Translations under genes and position numbers: made by a program | Shown: positions 58,010-64,000 of the stretch, piece by piece | Position numbering within the stretch: the first letter of the stretch is position 1 | How the letters are laid out: the number at the start of each line of letters is the position of its first letter | DNA from: Candidatus Staskawiczbacteria bacterium | GTDB taxonomy: Bacteria > Patescibacteriota > Minisyncoccia > Minisyncoccales > Staskawiczbacteraceae | Assembly (NCBI GenBank): GCA_026395215.1 | Contig: JAPLZC010000006.1 | Coordinates: 8,081-72,080, forward strand | Direction of reading: 5' to 3' | Length of the DNA: 64,000 nt | The notes under the pieces: model-generated | The model's input: only the letters and a program-made list of their open reading frames with translations | Told to the model about the DNA's origin: nothing | Databases searched by the model: none

Positions 58010-59317
58010 TTATTTTAAATTATTAACGGCTTTAGTAAATTGGTCGCCCCTGTCAAATTCGTTTTTAAATAAATTAAAACTTGAGCCACCGGGAGATAAT
58101 ATAACTATGTCTTTTTTTTCTGCTAGGTCCTTGGCTTTTTTTACTGCTTCTTGCATAGAGGAAACATTGTGTACTCGCGTGTATCCGCCAAGCCCTTCTT
58201 TTATTTTATCAGACGCTGTGCCTGGTAGCATAATAACCTCATCAACTCGTTCTCCTATTATTCTGGCCAAGTCATTGTATTTTAGTCCCTTGTTCATGCC
58301 ACCGCATATTAAAATTAGCCTTGAATCAGGGAAATTTTCTAGAAAAGTATTAATTGCCACTATTACGGCATCGGGCATTGTGGCGGTTGTATCGTTAAAG
58401 TATTTTACACCCCTCACTTCTCTTATAAACTCTTGTCGACTAGAAACTCCCTTAAAAGTTTTTAGTGATTTTTCTATGACCTTAGTTGGAATTTTTAGCA
58501 CCTTGGCAACTTCCAGCGCAGCAGAAAGATTATATAGATTATGCTCGCCAAGTAATTTAAAACTGTCAGTTTCTTCTGCCTTTGAAAAATAAATGACTTT
58601 TCCTTTAGACTGGCCTGCAAACTGTCGCACAATATAATCGTCTGCGTTTAGAACTAAAATGTCATTTTTCTTTTGATATTTAAAAATTATTTTCTTGGCC
58701 TCAGTGTATTCCGCCATAGTTGCATATCTATTCAAATGGTCGGGCATTATATTTGTAATTACAGCTATGTTTGGACTTTGAGTTAACCCTTCTAACTCAA
58801 AACTGGAAAGCTCTAAGACGACTTTATCATTTTTTTTAATTTTAGGCAGAAGCTCTAGTGGTGAAACGCCATTGTTTCCAGCAAAAAATGCTTTTTTATA
58901 TTTTGTTTTTAAAATATGGTAAATTAAGCCAGAAGTAGTTGATTTTCCTTTTGTGCCGGTAACGCCTATTATAAATGCACCAGATAATTTGAAAAACAAA
59001 CTAATATCAGTTTCAATTTGTTTGCCATTTTTTCTGGCAATTTCTAAATATGGAGATGTGTCCGGAACATCGGGATTTTTCATTATTAAATTTGCCCAAA
59101 GAAAATCCTTCTCTTCGTGTTTACCCAGGGCATATTTGATTTTTTTGAATTCCTTTAGCTTTCCAAGGGATTCTTGTAGTTTATCCTCGGTTTTTAAATC
59201 TGTAACCAAAACCTCCGCGCCTTGCTCGCAGAAAAATTTCGCCACTCCAACTCCCCCGCCATGCAGTCCCAGCCCCATTACCAAAACTTTTTTATTTTTG
59301 AATAAATTTTTAGACAT
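58010..59317 (-). CDS. murD: UDP-MurNAc-L-Ala--D-Glu ligase
   Basis: GVTGTKGKSTT, ELSSFEL, DHLNRY, NDT.AT, LSPG..SF..F. Confidence 0.95.
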   Translation of the reverse strand: MSKNLFKNKKVLVMGLGLHGGGVGVAKFFCEQGAEVLVTDLKTEDKLQESLGKLKEFKKIKYALGKHEEKDFLWANLIMKNPDVPDTSPYLEIARKNGKQIETDISLFFKLSGAFIIGVTGTKGKSTTSGLIYHILKTKYKKAFFAGNNGVSPLELLPKIKKNDKVVLELSSFELEGLTQSPNIAVITNIMPDHLNRYATMAEYTEAKKIIFKYQKKNDILVLNADDYIVRQFAGQSKGKVIYFSKAEETDSFKLLGEHNLYNLSAALEVAKVLKIPTKVIEKSLKTFKGVSSRQEFIREVRGVKYFNDTTATMPDAVIVAINTFLENFPDSRLILICGGMNKGLKYNDLARIIGERVDEVIMLPGTASDKIKEGLGGYTRVHNVSSMQEAVKKAKDLAEKKDIVILSPGGSSFNLFKNEFDRGDQFTKAVNNLK

Positions 59318-60107
59318 TGAATGGATCTTTTACTATTGGATTTATTTTTTTACTAAAACAAAAGTGGCTTATTTTTGCTAGATTATATGGCTCATCGGAA
59401 AAAAAGAATTTATGAACGTTTCCCCGCTTTATTTTTTTATCTATTACAGAATTATTTTCTAAATAAATCTTAACTTCTTTGGCCAAACTTTCCGCAGGAT
59501 TTATAACTTTTATTCCAGAGTCTATTGTTTTTTCTATTATATCCTTAAGCAATGGATAATGTGTGCATCCCAATATTAAAGTGTCTATTCCCTTGTCTTT
59601 AAGCGGTTCTATATATTTTTTAATGACTTCTATTGTTATTTTATCATCTAACATTCCTTCCTCAACCAGCGGAACAAGTAATGCGCATGGTTGTGAAAAT
59701 ACTTTAAGGTTTGAATCTGCTTTTAAAAGTTTTTTTTGGTAAACTCCGCTTTTAATTGTTCCCGGGGTTCCTATTATGCCTATTTTTTTGTTTTTGGTAG
59801 TTGCCAGCGCTTCAGCCACGGCTGGGTTTATCATTTCAAAAATAGGAGTTGGGCTAAATTTTTTCTTTAATGAATCAGATGCCCAAGCTGAAGAAGTGTT
59901 ACAGGCAATAACTATAATTTTTGCGTTTTTACGTAAAAGCCAATCTGTAATTTTTTCAGAATATTTTTTAACAAAATTCTCTCCCTTTGTTCCATAAGGA
60001 AGTCTTGCAGTATCTCCAAAATAAATTATTTGGTAGCCAGGTAAATATTTAAAGATTTCTTTAACTATTGTCAGGCCTCCAACCCCAGAATCAAAAATGC
60101 CTATCAT
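59310..60107 (-). CDS. murI: Glutamate racemase
   Basis: FDSGVGG, PYG.K, ACNT, LGCTHYP. Confidence 0.97.
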   Translation of the reverse strand: MIGIFDSGVGGLTIVKEIFKYLPGYQIIYFGDTARLPYGTKGENFVKKYSEKITDWLLRKNAKIIVIACNTSSAWASDSLKKKFSPTPIFEMINPAVAEALATTKNKKIGIIGTPGTIKSGVYQKKLLKADSNLKVFSQPCALLVPLVEEGMLDDKITIEVIKKYIEPLKDKGIDTLILGCTHYPLLKDIIEKTIDSGIKVINPAESLAKEVKIYLENNSVIDKKIKRGNVHKFFFSDEPYNLAKISHFCFSKKINPIVKDPFNV

Positions 60108-60144
60108 AATAGTTTATGATAGCTTTTTTTTTAAGATAATTCAA

Positions 60145-60945
60145 TTATACTTCGGAAGAGAATCTTTTAAATACAATAACAAACAGGAATATTAGAATGA
60201 GAATTCCTAAAATCCATAAATACCAGCGTTTTAAAAATCCCATAAAACCGGTAGATTCTGAAACAGATTCAGAAACAGGAGCCACGGCTGCAGCGACAGC
60301 GACAGCGTCTGGAATAGCAGGCTCTTGAATTATTTTGCAATCATTTGAGCAATTATCATTTGTTTCGCCTAAATTGGGTTCGCACAATCCGTTTCCGCAA
60401 TTTTGATTAACTGCCGGGATGGGGGGGACACTTGGCTGGACTGGCTGGACTGGCTGAACTTGCTGAGCTGGGGCACAATAGATATTGTAATCGGCAGAAC
60501 TTGTGGCGCAAGTTGATCCATCACATTTAAATGTGTTTAAGCATTTGCTGGCAGAACATTCATCTAATGTACAACTGTTGCTGTCTGCGCAATTTTTGTA
60601 TAATCCGCTTTCAACTCCTTTTGAGTCAAACCAGTGTATAGAACCGCCATAGCATGCTTTTGTAGAATAAGGATTATAGGTGTTAACCTGTTGCACTTGA
60701 GGCAAAATTGGGTTGTATGTGCATTGCCCATATTGGCAAGTCTGTCCGTTGTAGCAACCAGTGTATAAATCTTGCTGAGTTCCGCAGGAATCATACCAAT
60801 AAATATTGCTACCTACGCAGAGCTTGTAAGCGTGATAGGTGCAATTGCCATATGAATTATATTGAGCGTTAGCAAAACCGGGCAATACTATTGCCAGCGC
60901 ACAAAACATCACTATAAATATCCCAAAAACAAGTATTTTATTCAT
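60145..60945 (-). CDS. Cys-rich exported protein with C-terminal TM
   Basis: Signal peptide; two C....IYW(Y/F)DS.G repeats; CGNGLCE..GET..NC..DC. Confidence 0.75.
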   Translation of the reverse strand: MNKILVFGIFIVMFCALAIVLPGFANAQYNSYGNCTYHAYKLCVGSNIYWYDSCGTQQDLYTGCYNGQTCQYGQCTYNPILPQVQQVNTYNPYSTKACYGGSIHWFDSKGVESGLYKNCADSNSCTLDECSASKCLNTFKCDGSTCATSSADYNIYCAPAQQVQPVQPVQPSVPPIPAVNQNCGNGLCEPNLGETNDNCSNDCKIIQEPAIPDAVAVAAAVAPVSESVSESTGFMGFLKRWYLWILGILILIFLFVIVFKRFSSEV

Positions 60946-60983
60946 ATACTTATTATAGCATTTAGAAAGTAAATGTCAATATC

Positions 60984-61069
60984 TGTGCCCTTGTCGAGAC
61001 TCGCCAGGTGATTAACACCTGGCGCCCAGTGTTCATCACTGGGCGAACTCATTTATTATTTGTGCCCTT
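60984..61069 (-). other. tRNA-like 3' fragment with double-hairpin insert; possible att/island boundary
   Basis: Minus strand GAGTTCG[insert]AGTCTCGACAAGGGCACA; TGTGCCCTT direct repeat at 60984 and 61061. Confidence 0.5.
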
Positions 61070-61365
61070 AATCTTACACGATTGGAACGGAATTGTCCAC
61101 GAGATAAAAGAATATGCCGAAATTGCCAGGGCCTACAATGAAAGTCAGCTTTCAGCTTGTTAGGATATATAGTAGTAAAACTAAACTACCTATATAATAT
61201 CACATTAACTCAAAACATAAAGATGGCCGCATCCCCCACTCTTAAGGTGTGGACTTTTTATTTACCACTTAATTGTTGCGGCGACAATTAAGTTTTTTTG
61301 TGCTTGAAAAGAAGCTTGACAAATGGTAAATTAAAATAATAAACGGGAGTAAAAAATAGTTGAAA

Positions 61366-61539
61366 ATGCTTACAGACGAACAACTGGAGGAGTTTAGGAA
61401 AATTTATAAGGCAAAGTTTGGGAAAGAAATAACGAAGGCTGAAGCTCTGGCTAAGGGCCTACCTTTGGTTAATATGATGAAGACGATTTTACTGGAAAAT
61501 GAGAGACAAGACAATTTAGAAAATAACAAAAATAAATAA
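61366..61539 (+). CDS. 57-aa hypothetical protein
   Basis: Read manually: MLTDEQLEEFRKIYKAKFGKEITKAEA...; ends 4 nt before hsdM. Confidence 0.65.
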   Translation: MLTDEQLEEFRKIYKAKFGKEITKAEALAKGLPLVNMMKTILLENERQDNLENNKNK

Positions 61540-61543
61540 AATT

Positions 61544-63121
61544 ATGACTGACGAACAAAAAAAGATATTAGAAAGGCAGTTGTGGGGCGTAGCAAATGCG
61601 CTTCGTGGAAAAATGAATGCTGATGAATATAAAAATTATATCCTCGGTTTTATTTTCTACAAATACCTTTCTGAAAAACTTGAGCAGTATGTGAATAAAA
61701 AATTGCTCGTCCGTGAAAAATTTACTTTTGCGGAGATAAAAGAAAATACGCAGGAAGGTAAAAAATATCTGGAACACATTAAAACCGCATGTGTCGGCCA
61801 TCTTGGATTTTTTTTGAAGCCAATAGAGCTTTTTTCATATCTGGTTAAAAAGGGTAAGGGAGAAATAAAAGATAAAGATACATTTATTCTTGAAGATTTA
61901 AAAAATGTTCTTAATGCCATAGAAAAAACTTCTGCCGGAACTGCAAGCGAAGACGACTTTAAGGGACTTTTTGATGACGTGGATTTAACATCTTCAAAGC
62001 TTGGCTCAAGAGAGAAAGAGAAAAACGAGGTTGTGGTTGAAGTTCTCTCACTATTGGACGGCATTGATTTTCAACTTGAAAATGCCAAAAGTGATTTGCT
62101 TGGCGATGCTTACGAATACTTAATTGGTGAATTTGCAGCCGGCTCGGGCAAAAAAGGCGGTGAATTTTACACGCCTGCGCAAGTGTCCCGACTGCTTGCT
62201 CAAATCGCCTCAAATGATAAAAAGCGTGTGCGTTCGGTTTATGATGCTGCTTGCGGTTCGGGTTCGCTCCTGCTTCGTCTTGGCGAGTTTACCGAAGTTA
62301 CAAATTACTACGGACAAGAGCTAAATCCTACTACCTACAACCTTGCAAGAATGAATATGATTTTGCATGGCGTGCAATTTGATCGTTTTTCTCTTCTACG
62401 GGGCGACACTTTAACCGAAGACATGCACCCTGACCTTAAGGCGGAAATAATCGTCGCAAATCCACCTTTTTCATTGCAATGGAAGGGGGAAAGCGATCCT
62501 GTGCTGGCTCATGACGACAGATTCTCGCAATATGGCAGACTTGCTCCAAAAAGTGCCGCAGATTATGCCTTTGTGACTCATATGCTATACCATTTGGCAG
62601 ATAACGGCACTATGGCAATTGTATTGCCTCACGGAGCGCTTTTTCGCTCCGGCGCCGAAGGCCAAATCAGAAAATACATAATTGAAAAGCAAAACTATCT
62701 TGATGCGGTTATTGGCTTGCCATCAAACCTATTTTATGGGACAACAATTCCGGCCACAATTTTAGTTTTCAAGAAATGCAGAAAAGATGACGAAGACATT
62801 TTGTTTATTGACGCCTCAAAGGAATTTGAAAAAGTTGGTAACCAAAACAAACTAACTGACGAAAATATCAAGAAAATTTTTGAAACTTACAAAAACCGCA
62901 AAGAGGTTGAAAAATATTCTCACAAAGCAGGCATAGAAGAAATAAAGGAAAACGACTTTAACCTTAATATTCCAAGATATGTGGACACATTTGAAGAAGA
63001 AACTCTGGTTGATATTGAAGCCGTGGCAAAAAATTTGAAAAAATTGCACACAGACGAGACTGATTTGGAAAGCAAAATTGAGAAGTTTTGCAAAGAATTA
63101 AAAATTGATAAGCCGTTTTAA
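61544..63121 (+). CDS. hsdM: Type I R-M methyltransferase subunit
   Basis: LW..AN.LRG.M, GEFYTP, YDAACGSGSLL, NPPF, NLNIPRYVD. Confidence 0.96.
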   Translation: MTDEQKKILERQLWGVANALRGKMNADEYKNYILGFIFYKYLSEKLEQYVNKKLLVREKFTFAEIKENTQEGKKYLEHIKTACVGHLGFFLKPIELFSYLVKKGKGEIKDKDTFILEDLKNVLNAIEKTSAGTASEDDFKGLFDDVDLTSSKLGSREKEKNEVVVEVLSLLDGIDFQLENAKSDLLGDAYEYLIGEFAAGSGKKGGEFYTPAQVSRLLAQIASNDKKRVRSVYDAACGSGSLLLRLGEFTEVTNYYGQELNPTTYNLARMNMILHGVQFDRFSLLRGDTLTEDMHPDLKAEIIVANPPFSLQWKGESDPVLAHDDRFSQYGRLAPKSAADYAFVTHMLYHLADNGTMAIVLPHGALFRSGAEGQIRKYIIEKQNYLDAVIGLPSNLFYGTTIPATILVFKKCRKDDEDILFIDASKEFEKVGNQNKLTDENIKKIFETYKNRKEVEKYSHKAGIEEIKENDFNLNIPRYVDTFEEETLVDIEAVAKNLKKLHTDETDLESKIEKFCKELKIDKPF

Positions 63122-63123
63122 TT

Positions 63124-64000
63124 ATGCCAACAGCTACGACTTTAAAATTAGAAACTAAAAAATTACCGAAATTACGCTTTCCGGGATTTTCTGATAGATG
63201 GCAAAAAAGAAAGCTGGGTGAAGTTGCTAAATTTTGGAATGGGAAAGCACATGAACAAGATATTTCTGAAAATGGAAAATATATTGTTGTTAATTCAAAA
63301 TTCATTTCACAAAATGGACAGGTTAGGAAATATTCTGATAACCAGAGTTCCCCGCTGAAAAAAGGCGACATTACTATCGTTATGAGCGACATTCCAAATG
63401 GAAAAGCCATAGGGAAATGTTTTTTGGTTGATAAAGATGGTGCATATAGTTTGAACCAAAGAATTGGTGGAATCAAATCAAAAGAGATTGTAAGTCCATT
63501 CTTATTTAGAATAATAAATCGCAATAAATATTTCTTGAAATTTGATAATGGCGTAAGTCAAACAAATCTGCGGAAAAATGATGTTTCGGAATGTCCGGTT
63601 ATTTTTCCATCCACAGATGAGCAACAAAAAATTGCAGATTTTTTGAGTTCAATTGATACTTGGATTGGAAGTTTACAAGCGCAAAAAGAAAATTTTGCAT
63701 CGTACAAAAAAGGAATTATGCAAAAAATCTTTTCACAAGAACTTCGCTTTAAGGATGCTAATGGAAATAATTTTCCGGAATGGGAAGAGAAACAATTGGA
63801 AGACATTTGTGAATATAAAAATGGAGGAGCTTTTGAAAATAATTTAGTTAATAATGGAAAATATAACCTGATTAATTTGAATAGCATTGATATAACTGGG
63901 AAATTAAAAAATAATAATAAAACCGTTGACCATGCAGATTGGTATTTAGAAAAGGATGATTTGATTATGGTTTTAAGCGACGTTGCACACGGATATTTTT
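63124..64000 (+). CDS. hsdS: Type I R-M specificity subunit (runs off the window)
   Basis: PKLRFPGF..W..RKLG; EQQKIADFLSSID...KKG.MQKIF..ELRF conserved spacer. Confidence 0.92.
   Translation, partial: MPTATTLKLETKKLPKLRFPGFSDRWQKRKLGEVAKFWNGKAHEQDISENGKYIVVNSKFISQNGQVRKYSDNQSSPLKKGDITIVMSDIPNGKAIGKCFLVDKDGAYSLNQRIGGIKSKEIVSPFLFRIINRNKYFLKFDNGVSQTNLRKNDVSECPVIFPSTDEQQKIADFLSSIDTWIGSLQAQKENFASYKKGIMQKIFSQELRFKDANGNNFPEWEEKQLEDICEYKNGGAFENNLVNNGKYNLINLNSIDITGKLKNNNKTVDHADWYLEKDDLIMVLSDVAHGYF

Noticed and set aside
1..64000. Alternative genetic code (UGA read as Gly)
   Set aside because: Conserved genes translate full length under code 11.

Overview
AT-rich bacterial chromosomal segment, standard code 11. 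The reduced gene set, frequent SD-less starts, membrane-anchored Clp ATPase, short AspRS and VirD4-like ATPase suggest Patescibacteria (CPR/Parcubacteria); this assignment is inference. The core backbone carries ribosomal proteins (rplJ, rplL, rplU, rplI, rpmA), efp, tyrS, aspS, gltX, three tRNAs (Val-CAC, Glu-CTC, Ala-GGC), a split dcw cluster (mraZ-rsmH-ftsL-ftsI; murC; mraY; murI-murD-ftsW-murG), transporters, pyrG, uppS, a Xer recombinase and, at the right edge, a type I R-M locus. Accessory layer: (1) two small nuclease modules (RAYT with REPs; GIY-YIG with a palindrome), each lying between a dead 5' fragment and an intact copy of the same host gene (thpR; tRNA-Val); (2) ~90-nt hairpin arrays at operon junctions, four sharing a TACGAATTCG(T/C)A core; (3) several palindromes inserted in frame in proteins; (4) about nine GC-richer stand-alone units (promoter, boxA-like leader, SD, terminator), including fucose- and xylose-isomerase homologs with a 59/60-identical leader, an ORFan behind a Leu-rich attenuator and a Zn-ribbon ORFan behind a T-box; (5) a large TSP1-containing surface protein frameshifted at a G9 tract. 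All family calls come from motif recognition; no searches were run.
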